Source of the DNA: Candidatus Latescibacterota bacterium
Lineage (GTDB): Bacteria > Latescibacterota > UBA2968
DNA: 64,000 nucleotides
Direction of reading: 5' to 3'
Assembly: GCA_965204745.1 (NCBI GenBank)
Contig: OZ242010.1
Coordinates: forward strand, 3,552,001 to 3,616,000
The translations under genes were made by a program, and so were the position numbers. Positions within the stretch are counted from its first letter, which is position 1. Every line of letters begins with the position of its first letter. Below are positions 50,298-60,291 of the stretch, one piece after another. The notes under the pieces were generated by a model. The model was not told where the DNA came from, made no database searches, and worked only from the letters and a program-made list of their open reading frames with translations.

Positions 50298-50387
50298 GTC
50301 GTTCATAAGAGGTGAGAGGTGAGAGGCGAGAGGCAAGAGGCGAGAGGGGAGAGGGGAGAGGGAAGAGGCAAGATACTCTCTTAAAGG

Positions 50388-51395
50388 TCAAGGGGATTGC
50401 GGGGCGATTCGATAGAATTTCTCGCCCTCAAAATCTTGGTCATGCCGCAACATGCCCCAGATTGAATGGAGCAACTTTCGCATCACCGCAACGATAGCCT
50501 GCAAAGGTTTCTTGCCGCGGGCAATGAGTTGGTCATAGAAGGCTTTGACATGGACTTCGTGTCTGATGGCCACCCAGGCAGGCATATAGAGGGCATGGCG
50601 GAGGTACTTATTCCCGGTTTTCGAGATGCGTCTTTGTGGGTTGGCGGTTCCGGATTGTTTGGGTTTGGGATCCAGGCCTGCATGTGCGACCCACTGGGGC
50701 GGTTGCATCTCCTCAGGCAAAAGGGTCAACTCGGCCAAGAGCCGCAAGGCGCTCGTTTGTGCGATGCCAGGCGTCGAGCAGAGGCGTTGGTAGGCGCGCT
50801 TGAGGGTCTCATCGTGCAAAACGAGATCGAGGGCTTGGTCTTCCAAGTATGCAATCCGGCGTTTGAGGTGTCGAATATTCACCTGAATATCGCGTGCGAT
50901 GCGCCGTGTGCTCAGGATGTGGTAGCTTTGCGCGTGGTTGCGGCTCTGTTCACTGATGATCACCTGCTTGAGTTGGTCAATGCGTCTGGTGAGGGCTTGC
51001 AGTTGAAGCCGTTGCTCACTCGGCGCTTGCCAAGGCACAAACGGCATGCGCTCGGCATAATCCATGATCAACAACGCATCCTTCGCATCCGTCTTGGCTC
51101 GTTGCATGCGGGCTTGACCGTACTTGCTCATCGCTTTGGGATTGACGACCATGACCTTTGTGTGGCGATGCCGATGCAAGGCCAAGGCCACCCCCAAGCT
51201 GTAAAGCCCGGTCGCTTCGAGGCACACAGAGACCATGTGCCCGCCCTTGGTGAGCCACTTCAGCAACCGCTTATGGGCTTGGGGATCATTGGCAAAGGTC
51301 GCTTGCATGACAGCTTGTCCGGGTCTGGACAGGGCAACAGACAACGTGCGGGCACTGACATCAATGCCGGCGAAAGCGGGTTGAGATTTCGACAT
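50388..51395 (-). CDS. IS110 family recombinase/transposase
   Basis: Protein identical to that of copy 2. Confidence 0.95.
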   Translation of the reverse strand: MSKSQPAFAGIDVSARTLSVALSRPGQAVMQATFANDPQAHKRLLKWLTKGGHMVSVCLEATGLYSLGVALALHRHRHTKVMVVNPKAMSKYGQARMQRAKTDAKDALLIMDYAERMPFVPWQAPSEQRLQLQALTRRIDQLKQVIISEQSRNHAQSYHILSTRRIARDIQVNIRHLKRRIAYLEDQALDLVLHDETLKRAYQRLCSTPGIAQTSALRLLAELTLLPEEMQPPQWVAHAGLDPKPKQSGTANPQRRISKTGNKYLRHALYMPAWVAIRHEVHVKAFYDQLIARGKKPLQAIVAVMRKLLHSIWGMLRHDQDFEGEKFYRIAPQSP

Positions 51396-51467
51396 GGGGG
51401 CCTCCTGTGATGAGGGGTTGTAAGGGGTCTGGTGTGCGCTCGAGTTCGATCCCGACCATTGACGCCA

Positions 51468-51645
51468 AGTCTACCGGTCTTGTATATGCAGCCTCAAGGG
51501 ACTTAGATACTCTTCGGCATAGACCCGGCGGTCGGGGGGCCTATCTTACCTACAAGGTCATCGCCTTCAAGAGGGGCCGGCCTTCCCCGAGCCGGGCATC
51601 AAGATGGCTTATCTCGATACGAGGGCGCAACTCCTAATTAACCCT
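51468..51645 (-). ncRNA. Predicted bridge RNA of IS110 copy 3
   Basis: Same sequence as the copy 2 left end. Confidence 0.8.
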
Positions 51646-51660
51646 TACTTCCAAGATACA

Positions 51661-51862
51661 AGAGGGGAGAGGGAAGAGGGGAGAGGGAAGAGGGGAGAGG
51701 GAAGAGGGGAGAGGCGAGAGGTGAGACAGTCCCGCCGCCATTAACCGTAGGGATAGGCCCCTGTGTTCGCCCGAAGATACAAGAGGGAAGACGCAAGACG
51801 CAAGACGCAAGACGCAAGACGCAAGACGCAAGACGGGAGAGGGGTGGCCTTCTCACGTCTTG
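51661..51862. repeat. Heptamer arrays (AGAGGGG/AGAGGGA; AAGACGC x6) with a REP-like palindrome
   Basis: Directly visible 7-nt periodicity; GTAGGGATAGGCCCCTGTG at 51747. Confidence 0.9.
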
Positions 51863-54009
51863 CTTTTGATCTTTTGCTGGTGGAGGAAGGTGCGGACGAG
51901 GCGGAGTTCGTCGTAGGAATAGGCGTCTTCGAGGAGGTTTTTGATCGGTGTTAGGGCCATGCTACCCGAGGTGTGGAAGGCGGATTTGATTTTCTCGACG
52001 TGTTCCTGTGGCGGCATGAGGGGGCGGATGTCCAGGTCCTCGCCCGCCAAAATCAGGCGTTCTATGTGGCTGATGACCGTGCCTTCGGCGAGGCCGCGCT
52101 GTTTTGCCATCTCTGCGATAGACAGCCCTTGTTGTAGCAATTGTTTGGTCAGGTCGTAGGTCGAGCCTTTTTGCCGGGCCGTGCGATTTCTGGCGCGCCG
52201 TTGGGAGGGCAAGTCGCGTTCCGTCAAGGCGTGTTGGCTGGCGTGGTCGCAGATGGTGGATAAGAACGCGTCGCCGAGTTGGGCCAATTTCACCGCGCCC
52301 ACGCCGGAGATGCGAGACAGGCTTTCGCGGGATTGGGGGATGTAGTAGGCCATTTGCTGGAGCGTGGCGTCGCTGAAGATGATGTAGGGCGGCACGTTTT
52401 GTTCGCGTGCAATGTGGCTTCGCAGTCCGCGCAACGCTTCAAAGAGCGTCCGATCATAGTCGAGTGTTGCGCGGGTCAAAGCCGGCGGGGCTTCCTCGCG
52501 TTTTCGCCGGGTGAGGGTGAGGCGGGCGCGGGTTTTGAGGAAGTTGTATCCCTCCTCTGTGACGCCCAAGGTGGGGTATTCCCCGCTGTTTTTGTACAGG
52601 AGACCCCGGGCGATCAGTAGCCCTGCGATTTCTTTGAGGTCGTCATCCGAAAAGTCGTCGACAATGCCGTACACGCTGAGTTTGTCGTGCCCGAGTTCTC
52701 TGATGCGTTTAATGTTCGCCCCCCGCAGCACTTGGCTGACATGGCCGATGCCGAACCGCTCGTTTGTCCGCACCACAGCGGATAGCATTTTTTGCGCGAT
52801 GATCGTGGCGTCGAATGTCTCTGTGTCGGCGACGCAGACGTCGCATCCTCCGCAATTTTCTTTGTGCCAAGGTTGACCGAAATAGGATAGTAGGTATTGC
52901 CTGCGGCACGTTTGCAACTCGCAAAACGCGATGGTCTGCGCCAGTTTTTCCAGTGCGTTTTCCCGCTCGGGTTCGTCTGTAATTTGGTCGATGAAAAAGT
53001 CGTGCTTTCTCTTGTCCGCAGAGGAGTAGAACAACACGCAGTCGCTGGGCAAGCCATCGCGCCCGGCCCTGCCGGTTTCTTGGTAATAGCCCTCGAGGGA
53101 CTTGGGCAAGTCGTAGTGGACGATCAAGCGGATGTCGGATTTGTCGATGCCCATGCCAAAGGCGATAGTCGCCACGATGATGGGCACTTCGTCGCGGATG
53201 AACTTTTCCTGCGTTTGGCTGCGCGTGTCGTGTTCCAAGCCCGCGTGGTAGGGCAATGCGGGAAATCCCTCGTCGCTGAGCCCTGCGGCGACTGCCTCGG
53301 TGTCTTTGCGGGAAAAGCAGTAGATGATGACCGATTCGCCCCGGTGCGTTTCGAGCAGATCCAAAAGCGCGCCAAAGGCTTTTCGCTTGGGCCGCACCGC
53401 GTACTTGAGGTTGGCGCGGTCAAAGCTGGCGATGAAGTGTTGCGGTTCGCACAGGCCGAGTTGGGCGACGATGTCCTCGCGCACGCGCTCGGTGGCCGTG
53501 GCGGTCAGCGCGATAAAGGGCACATGCGACAGGCTGCGGCGCAGGTCGCCGAGGTTGCGATAATCCGGGCGGAAATCGTGCCCCCATTCGGAGATGCAAT
53601 GCGCTTCATCCACGGCGACGAGGCTGACTTGGAGTGGTTGCAAAAAATTTCTGAACCCCGGCAACGCCAGTCTTTCAGGGGCGATGTACAGAATTTTGAG
53701 CACGCCCTGCTGCGCGAGGGCTTGAACCCGGCGCATTTCGGGGTAGGACAAGGTGCTGTTGATGAACGCCGCTTCAATGCCGTTGGATTTCAGGGCATCT
53801 ACTTGGTCTTTCATGAGGGCGATCAGCGGGGAGACGACCAGCGTCAGTCCGTTGAACCGCAGCGCGGGCAGTTGATAGCACAAAGACTTGCCCCCGCCCG
53901 TGGGCATGATCACCAGCGCGTCCCTGCGTTGCATCACGCTGGCGATGATCTCTTCCTGAAGCGGCAGAAAATCGTCATAGCCGAAGTGGTTTTTTAGAAG
54001 ATCGAGCAT
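51853..54009 (-). CDS. recQ: ATP-dependent DNA helicase RecQ
   Basis: MPTGGGKSLCYQ, DEAHCISEWGHDFRP and YYQETGRAGRDG motifs, Zn-binding CRR..LL.YF...CG.CD.C, then RQC, HRDC and C-terminal HTH domains. Confidence 0.97.
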   Translation of the reverse strand: MLDLLKNHFGYDDFLPLQEEIIASVMQRRDALVIMPTGGGKSLCYQLPALRFNGLTLVVSPLIALMKDQVDALKSNGIEAAFINSTLSYPEMRRVQALAQQGVLKILYIAPERLALPGFRNFLQPLQVSLVAVDEAHCISEWGHDFRPDYRNLGDLRRSLSHVPFIALTATATERVREDIVAQLGLCEPQHFIASFDRANLKYAVRPKRKAFGALLDLLETHRGESVIIYCFSRKDTEAVAAGLSDEGFPALPYHAGLEHDTRSQTQEKFIRDEVPIIVATIAFGMGIDKSDIRLIVHYDLPKSLEGYYQETGRAGRDGLPSDCVLFYSSADKRKHDFFIDQITDEPERENALEKLAQTIAFCELQTCRRQYLLSYFGQPWHKENCGGCDVCVADTETFDATIIAQKMLSAVVRTNERFGIGHVSQVLRGANIKRIRELGHDKLSVYGIVDDFSDDDLKEIAGLLIARGLLYKNSGEYPTLGVTEEGYNFLKTRARLTLTRRKREEAPPALTRATLDYDRTLFEALRGLRSHIAREQNVPPYIIFSDATLQQMAYYIPQSRESLSRISGVGAVKLAQLGDAFLSTICDHASQHALTERDLPSQRRARNRTARQKGSTYDLTKQLLQQGLSIAEMAKQRGLAEGTVISHIERLILAGEDLDIRPLMPPQEHVEKIKSAFHTSGSMALTPIKNLLEDAYSYDELRLVRTFLHQQKIKSKT

Positions 54010-54028
54010 GAGGAATTGTCAGTTGTCA

Positions 54029-54293
54029 ATGCGAATTAAGAGTTGGATCCATCGCGTACTTGTCTTTTCTTGAGGGCGCAACCCTTTCACCCTTAAAGGA
54101 AGGAGCGCGCGATGGATTGGCAAGATAAACGCATTCACTTGTATGTCTCTATTTATCAGCAGTATGACCAAAAGCATCTGTGGTTTTATACACAACGCAT
54201 GAGTAATAACGACACGCCGACCTTCACAGATGAAGAAGTGCTGACGATCTCTTTGTTTGGGATCATGCAACAACACACGCAGATCAAGGCGCG
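54029..54293 (+). mobile_element. Truncated IS (IS982-like) left end with a transposase N-terminal fragment (from 54112)
   Basis: MDWQD...QRMSNN..P.FTDEEV.TI.LFGI resembles N-termini of IS982-type transposases. AAGGAG RBS. Frame breaks off after about 60 aa. Confidence 0.55.
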
Positions 54294-54770
54294 TTGATAC
54301 AACACCGCGTTGTCGTAGATGTGATCGCGCTCAAAAGCCGCGCAATACGTTCGATACAGGTGTTGCAACAAGTGATGCCGCCCACCTTTGCCAGAGACCG
54401 AATCGGGTTCCAATCCCGCGGCGTGCAAGACGTGCAGGGTTCGCAAAAACGGCCGCGTGAGCGCGGCGGCTTGTTGGGCAAAATAATCATCATCAACTTC
54501 GCGCACGACGCGGGGAATCATTTGGTCCAGCCAGAACAAATCCGCATCTTGGGCGAGGCGCGCTCGTCCCTCTGCGACGAGCAACGCGCCCGCGTCCTTT
54601 TCGGCCAGACTGCGCGGCGTCTCGATTTGCAAGTTCATCCATGAGTACCCCGTCGCCGCAAGCCCCATCCCCAGGTTGTGCCCGATGCTCATCGCGGGGA
54701 CGATCAAGACTTTCGGCTCAATCGGATGCGCGTCGCAAAATGCCTTCAGTTGTGCGAGGTGATAGTGCAT
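54290..54770 (-). pseudogene. 5' fragment of an AddB/RexB-like (PD-(D/E)XK family) protein
   Basis: L..FC...PIEPKVLIVP...IGH......LA..G..W.NL...T resembles N-termini of AddB-like proteins. Truncated at the IS fragment. Confidence 0.45.
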
Positions 54771-54879
54771 AATGAAAAAAAACGAAATTCTGGAGAGAAT
54801 GGCAAAGAGGAAAAGCAGATCGCTTCTTGCATTATAGGTTTTGTTGTTGATGAATACGATGAATAATAGCAGGGAGCGA

Positions 54880-57669
54880 TCAGTTTATATAGTCGTTCCA
54901 GTCTGAAGTGTGGAATTCGTCTTGAACGACTCTCAGGCGGGATGGAAATCTTCCATTGTAAGTAATGCCCAGAAATTCCGCTGCTCGGGTCAAACTTACA
55001 TAGAGATATTTGTCTACAAGGTTAGGGGTGTTTCTCTGAATCTTATCCACATCTACCAAAAACGCGCCTTGAAACTCAAGACCTTTGATGTATTTGACGC
55101 TGAAGATACGAACCTTTTCACCGTCGCCAACTTTTCCATCAATGCACTTGTCAAGTTCAAAGGCACGATCATTGAGAGGATATACCAAAGTGTCATAGAG
55201 AGGTTCAATATCTGACTCCTCGGGTACGAAGATAGCGATAGATGGCAAGCGGTTTTCATGGATTCTATAAATTTCAGAAATGCGCTCAGACAACCATTCA
55301 GCTAGTGCATCTCGATCCTTCTTGGCATTAAATTGCAAAGGAGGAGGATCATTTTTGTTTTTTTTATATACAGTCTGGAAGGGAGCTTCCTTTTTCATGA
55401 TCTGAACATAGAGATTTTTTGCGACCTGCAATAATCTGGCACTTTGCCGATAGTTTTTGTCCAGCGTGTGCGGTGTAAATTCTTTTAGAAACAGATCACA
55501 CTCTTGCCAATCAGCCAGCCCGTGATTTGTTACGCGTTGCATGGGATCACCCGAAAGCACAAGTGAATTGACGTTCGGGTGTGAGAGAAAAAACATACAT
55601 CCCAATTGCAAAGACGAAAAATCAGTGGCTTCATCAACGAGTACCTGGATTCTATATTCGTCATGAATATTTTCAAGAATCTGGTTTGGAAGCATTGGGG
55701 AGGAAAGTAGGTCTCTATGGCGGTTAAAAATTGATCGCGCATTTTTCAGCATGATAAAAATTAACAGATCAACTTCAGATCGAGAAAGCTTGTTCTCTCG
55801 TATATCTGCTGTGTGGTCAGTTTTTAGATAAGTACTCTTTTCTCGAAGTAGTATCCGACGGAATCTGTTGTAATATACTGGTATCCGATTCAATAGGATT
55901 TCATACCCCTTCGTCAATGGGCTTATAGACCGTAGATCCAAATGTCTCTTGCCCAATTCGACAAGCGTTTTTTCGTTACCAAATGCCGTTGCTACACCTT
56001 GTTTCTCAAGTACTGATTCCACACATTGAATAATTGGCCAATACTTTTTGCTCTGTGTACTTTTCCTGTCTCTCGCCAGCCATTCGACATACCAAGCAAT
56101 AGCCAGCTTAATGCCGTTTACCGCTTGAACACGTTGGTATTGTTCCGCACGGCTTCGCTCCAAAGCAGATATTCCTTCAAAGTCTTCAAGGGATTCACCC
56201 TCGTCCTCGTCTTCCTCTTCCGCAACCATTTGGGCAGTCTCCGAATTTGATTCTTTCTGGAGTAACTCAACGACAGCTTTTAGAACTCCCTTTTTTTGGA
56301 TAATAGTATCGGTGAGCTTTCCCATGTCTTTTTTTAGCTCTTCACGCAATTTCTCAAAAATGGCTTGAAGTTTAGCAAGTTCATCTACAAACTCAACTTG
56401 CTTGTCTGTGTTGGCCAGGGCTTCTTGGGAGTATTTACCAGTGATGCGTTTCAACCCACTTAGTAACTCTGGATTGGTTTTGTTTTTTCGGAGTGTTCTC
56501 ATCACTTCGCGGCAGGTCTTCCAGATTGTTTCCTTCACATACTTCTCAAATCGCTTGGTGTATCGTATCAACTGCCGGTTCTGAGTTCTTGCAAGAATTT
56601 CATCTCTCCCTAAACGGAACAAACCTTTACTGCCATCTCTCACTTTAAGTATATCCAAGTAGCCCGTTCGGGCAAGACGGGTTTGCCAGGTTTCCCACGT
56701 CGCGATATTAGCTTCTGCAATTCCTTCCTTGTTCATGGCTTCTTTGAGGTAGCCCTTCAGAAGATCGCTAGGCGTGAACATAACCCATTGTTTGTTTTGG
56801 TCAAATAGTTGGTTAATTTTTTTTTGTTTCAGAAATTTTTCTTCATCGGAGAGAAACTCTTCTCTGGACTTTTGTGAAATACGCTTAACAAGTGTGGTTG
56901 TTTTTCCTGTACCAGGCGCACCTGTGAGGATAATCTGTGAACCCAATGGAAGGCGAAATATCTCATCCTGATGTTGGTCAAGTATTGGTCTATCGATCAA
57001 TTCCAATTTTTGTCGGATCGCTCTCCGCCTACTCTGCTGACGCACTCTATCACGCTTTAGATGTTCTTCCAATGCCGTTGCTTCTTCACTTGCTTTGCGT
57101 GCTTCTTCTTCATCCAATTCCTCTATCTCGGAGGGAGTGATCAATTCTATAAGTTGACGAAGAGATTCGGTTGAAATATGGCCTTTTTCCAAATAAAATT
57201 GGTTATCGGTTCCATCCCATTCCCCTTCGGACTTTACCGGCCTAAAGATCGTCTTTTCAAGAACTTGATAGCTGAATCCATTCACAGAAATTTGCTGATC
57301 TAAATCAAGGGCAGTGACTCGACCAAGAGGACTTTTGTAACTGGCAAAAAAACTGTTGTCTTTTTTGGGATTTTGACGTGCAGGCGGTGCATAGTTACGA
57401 CAAAAAATTAAATAGGTCTCTGTTTGATCTCGGAGGCATTTGACATAGGCAATAAAGGGTTCTTTTTCCAACTCGCGCATTTGTTGTTCAACAATGGCCT
57501 GACTCTTTCTACTTGAGGAAATTACCGTCGAATTGGCGCGTGTTGTGGGTGGTATAACAGCAGGAACACTGGTTTGGTAATCAATCTTGAAGTGGTCAAG
57601 TTCTACTATGATATCTTGTGCGACCTCACTTGCGCGTGTCTGTGCTTCATTTCGATTTGCTTTATCCAT
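54880..57669 (-). CDS. Superfamily 1 (UvrD/HelD-like) helicase/ATPase, low GC
   Basis: GAPGTGKTT, LVDEATD, GDPMQ, NYRQS, KGLEF and LYVSLTRA motifs. GGAGG RBS before ATG 57669. Confidence 0.85.
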   Translation of the reverse strand: MDKANRNEAQTRASEVAQDIIVELDHFKIDYQTSVPAVIPPTTRANSTVISSSRKSQAIVEQQMRELEKEPFIAYVKCLRDQTETYLIFCRNYAPPARQNPKKDNSFFASYKSPLGRVTALDLDQQISVNGFSYQVLEKTIFRPVKSEGEWDGTDNQFYLEKGHISTESLRQLIELITPSEIEELDEEEARKASEEATALEEHLKRDRVRQQSRRRAIRQKLELIDRPILDQHQDEIFRLPLGSQIILTGAPGTGKTTTLVKRISQKSREEFLSDEEKFLKQKKINQLFDQNKQWVMFTPSDLLKGYLKEAMNKEGIAEANIATWETWQTRLARTGYLDILKVRDGSKGLFRLGRDEILARTQNRQLIRYTKRFEKYVKETIWKTCREVMRTLRKNKTNPELLSGLKRITGKYSQEALANTDKQVEFVDELAKLQAIFEKLREELKKDMGKLTDTIIQKKGVLKAVVELLQKESNSETAQMVAEEEDEDEGESLEDFEGISALERSRAEQYQRVQAVNGIKLAIAWYVEWLARDRKSTQSKKYWPIIQCVESVLEKQGVATAFGNEKTLVELGKRHLDLRSISPLTKGYEILLNRIPVYYNRFRRILLREKSTYLKTDHTADIRENKLSRSEVDLLIFIMLKNARSIFNRHRDLLSSPMLPNQILENIHDEYRIQVLVDEATDFSSLQLGCMFFLSHPNVNSLVLSGDPMQRVTNHGLADWQECDLFLKEFTPHTLDKNYRQSARLLQVAKNLYVQIMKKEAPFQTVYKKNKNDPPPLQFNAKKDRDALAEWLSERISEIYRIHENRLPSIAIFVPEESDIEPLYDTLVYPLNDRAFELDKCIDGKVGDGEKVRIFSVKYIKGLEFQGAFLVDVDKIQRNTPNLVDKYLYVSLTRAAEFLGITYNGRFPSRLRVVQDEFHTSDWNDYIN

Positions 57670-57774
57670 CTTTGAATCCTCCTTTTGCAATGAATGTGCG
57701 AATCAGTAACTGATAATAAAAAATACCATCACAAAAAGCCAGCAGAAAAGCCATCACGCATCGCGTTCAATGTA

Positions 57775-60243
57775 TCATTCACACCGCAAGGTGACGATGG
57801 GATTTGCGCGGGCGGCTTTCCACGCTTGCGTGCTCACGGTCAATAGCGCGATGCCATAAGTTAGCAGGCCGCCGAGCACAAAGGGTGTGGCACTCAGGTC
57901 GATCCGGTACGCGAAATGTTGCAAGTAGTGATCCATCGCTACGTAAATAATGGGCCAGGCGATCAGATTTGCTATGCCGATCAGCGCGACAAATTCCCGC
58001 GATAACATCACCACCACGTTCCACGCGGACGCGCCCATGACTTTGCGGATGCCGATCTCTTTTGTCCGTTGCTCCGCGGTAAATGCCGCCAAGCCAAACA
58101 GCCCCAAACACGCGACAAAAATTGCGATGACAAATGCCGTGCGGAATATGTGTCCAACGCGCAGATCGTCCCGGTACCAGCGGTCTAAGCGGTCCGTCGC
58201 AAATGCGAGTTCGGGGGCGCGACTCGGCATAAACCGCGACCAGGTGCGTTCTAAAAACGCCATTGTTTCGGCCACCCCTTGCGACTGGATCCGGATGGAG
58301 AGGTGGCTCAGTCGGTACCACGCCGCGGTGATGACCAGCGGTTCGATAGGCTCGTACAGATGCCGAAAGTGAAAGTCCTTGACGATGCCGATTACGCGGC
58401 CTTTGCGGACATGGGACGTCAGCACCTTGCCCACCGGGTCCGTCCAACCAAATACTGCCGCGGCGGTTTCGTTTAAGACGAACAACTCGCCCGGTTTGCC
58501 GCGTCTTTCCGATGCCCGTTCCGCGTACGTGCGGTCGTAATTTCGCCCGGCCAGCAGGGGAATGTCATAGCACGCCAAAAATGCCTCGTCCGCGCCAAAA
58601 ACGCGCACTTCAACGCCTCGGGATGGATCGCCTTCGGGAAAAAACCACTCGCGGTGGGGCCAGCTATGCCCCGGCAAATCCGAGGTTGCCGACGCGGTGA
58701 TGACGCTCGGATGTCGGGAAAAAGCCGCTCGCACTTGGAGGTGTCGTTTTTGCAACTGCCCGCTGTCGCGCAGGTGGCGATCCCGTTGGAATATGGATGC
58801 GACGACGACTTCATCTTTGTTGAACCCCAGGTCCTTGTCCCGAACCAAGCGCATCTGATCGGCGACGATGAGGGTGCCGATGACGAGGGCTATTGAAATC
58901 GCAAATTGCACCACCACCAGGCCTTTTCGCACGCGGCCTTGCCCCGGCCCGGCTTTGATGGCTCCACCCTTCAAGACCGTTGCGGGCTGGAATGCAGAGA
59001 GATATAGGGCGGGATAGGTGGCCGATAACAGGCCGACAACCAGGGCGATTCCCGCGACCCAAATCGCCACCTCGCCATCCAACATCAGGTCTTCGCGCAC
59101 AAAAGCGCTGAACGCGGGCAACGCGAGACAGACCAAGCCGAGGGCCACGACTGCGGCGAGCAGGGATAACAATAGGGATTCGCCCAAAAATTGCGCCATG
59201 AGATGCGCGCGATGCGCGCCGACCACTTTTCGCATTCCCACTTCTTTGGCGCGGTTGGCGGAGCGGGCCGTGGATAGGTTCATAAAGTTGATGCACGCGA
59301 TGAGCAAGATGAAGGCCCCCACCAAGCCGAGCAGATATATTTGAGAGATGTCTTTGTATGGCCTTCCGGAATCGCCCACGAACCCCGGCATGTCGGTTTT
59401 GGAATACAGGTGCATGCGCGTTGTGGGATGCAAGTAATAGCGCGCGGTTTCGGTTTCGTCTTCTGCGATTTCCGCGTACCGCTCGACCAAGCCCGGGAGT
59501 TTTTGGGCGACGGCTTCGGGATCGGCCCCGGGTTTGAGGCGCAAGTACGTATTTGCCGGGCGCGAGTACGAGGGCGGCAACCAGTGATCCCACGACCTGC
59601 GCTGTCGAACGCCCCGTGGCATGGTGGCGGTGATAAAGTCGTACTGAAAGCGCGAGTTGCGCGGGGCTTCCCGAATGATGCCGGCGATCTGGTATTCGCC
59701 GCCGAACAGATTGTGGTCGACCGAGATCACTTTGCCCATGGGATCGGCACCGTTGAAAAACTTCCGCGCAACCGGTGCGGTCACGACGACGGAGAATGGC
59801 TCTTGCAATGCGGTTTGGGGATCGCCTGCCAATACCTCGATCCCGAAAAACGCAAACACATTGGGGTCGCTGAGCCAGAACATTTGCGACGTTGCCATTT
59901 CTCGGTATTGCACCTGGCGCGTACCACTCCAAAACCGGACCGCGGCTTCCACTTCGGGAAATTCTTCGGGCAATACGGTTGCCAGTGGGCCTTGTTGCCC
60001 GCTGTGCCAGGCAATCCTGCCATTTGCGTGTCGGATTTGTTTCATCACGCGATAGGTGCGCGCCGCTTCTGGGCGAAACCGGTCATAGCTCAACTCATGG
60101 CGGATATAAACCACGAGCAGAATCGCGCACGCCATGCCAATCGCCAATCCCAAGAGGTTGATCGCGGAATAAATCGGATGCCGCAGCGCGTTCCGGGTGG
60201 CTATGGCGAGGCAATTTTTCCCGAGTATGGCTATTCGTTTCAT
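57775..60243 (-). CDS. ABC transporter permease, MacB/FtsX family (duplicated)
   Basis: INLLGLAIG, LLIACINFMNLSTARS..RAKEVG.RKV.GA and EQRTKEIGIRKV.GAS motifs. Confidence 0.92.
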   Translation of the reverse strand: MKRIAILGKNCLAIATRNALRHPIYSAINLLGLAIGMACAILLVVYIRHELSYDRFRPEAARTYRVMKQIRHANGRIAWHSGQQGPLATVLPEEFPEVEAAVRFWSGTRQVQYREMATSQMFWLSDPNVFAFFGIEVLAGDPQTALQEPFSVVVTAPVARKFFNGADPMGKVISVDHNLFGGEYQIAGIIREAPRNSRFQYDFITATMPRGVRQRRSWDHWLPPSYSRPANTYLRLKPGADPEAVAQKLPGLVERYAEIAEDETETARYYLHPTTRMHLYSKTDMPGFVGDSGRPYKDISQIYLLGLVGAFILLIACINFMNLSTARSANRAKEVGMRKVVGAHRAHLMAQFLGESLLLSLLAAVVALGLVCLALPAFSAFVREDLMLDGEVAIWVAGIALVVGLLSATYPALYLSAFQPATVLKGGAIKAGPGQGRVRKGLVVVQFAISIALVIGTLIVADQMRLVRDKDLGFNKDEVVVASIFQRDRHLRDSGQLQKRHLQVRAAFSRHPSVITASATSDLPGHSWPHREWFFPEGDPSRGVEVRVFGADEAFLACYDIPLLAGRNYDRTYAERASERRGKPGELFVLNETAAAVFGWTDPVGKVLTSHVRKGRVIGIVKDFHFRHLYEPIEPLVITAAWYRLSHLSIRIQSQGVAETMAFLERTWSRFMPSRAPELAFATDRLDRWYRDDLRVGHIFRTAFVIAIFVACLGLFGLAAFTAEQRTKEIGIRKVMGASAWNVVVMLSREFVALIGIANLIAWPIIYVAMDHYLQHFAYRIDLSATPFVLGGLLTYGIALLTVSTQAWKAARANPIVTLRCE

Positions 60244-60291
60244 ACAATTCCATTCGGCCAGGCACGGGGGCATGACAACTGACAACTGCCT

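Larger units (their letters stand above)
50373..51660 (-). mobile_element. IS110-family insertion sequence, copy 3
   Basis: Cores at 50371-72 and 51661-62. 1288 bp. Appears identical to copy 2 and has the same target. Confidence 0.92.
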
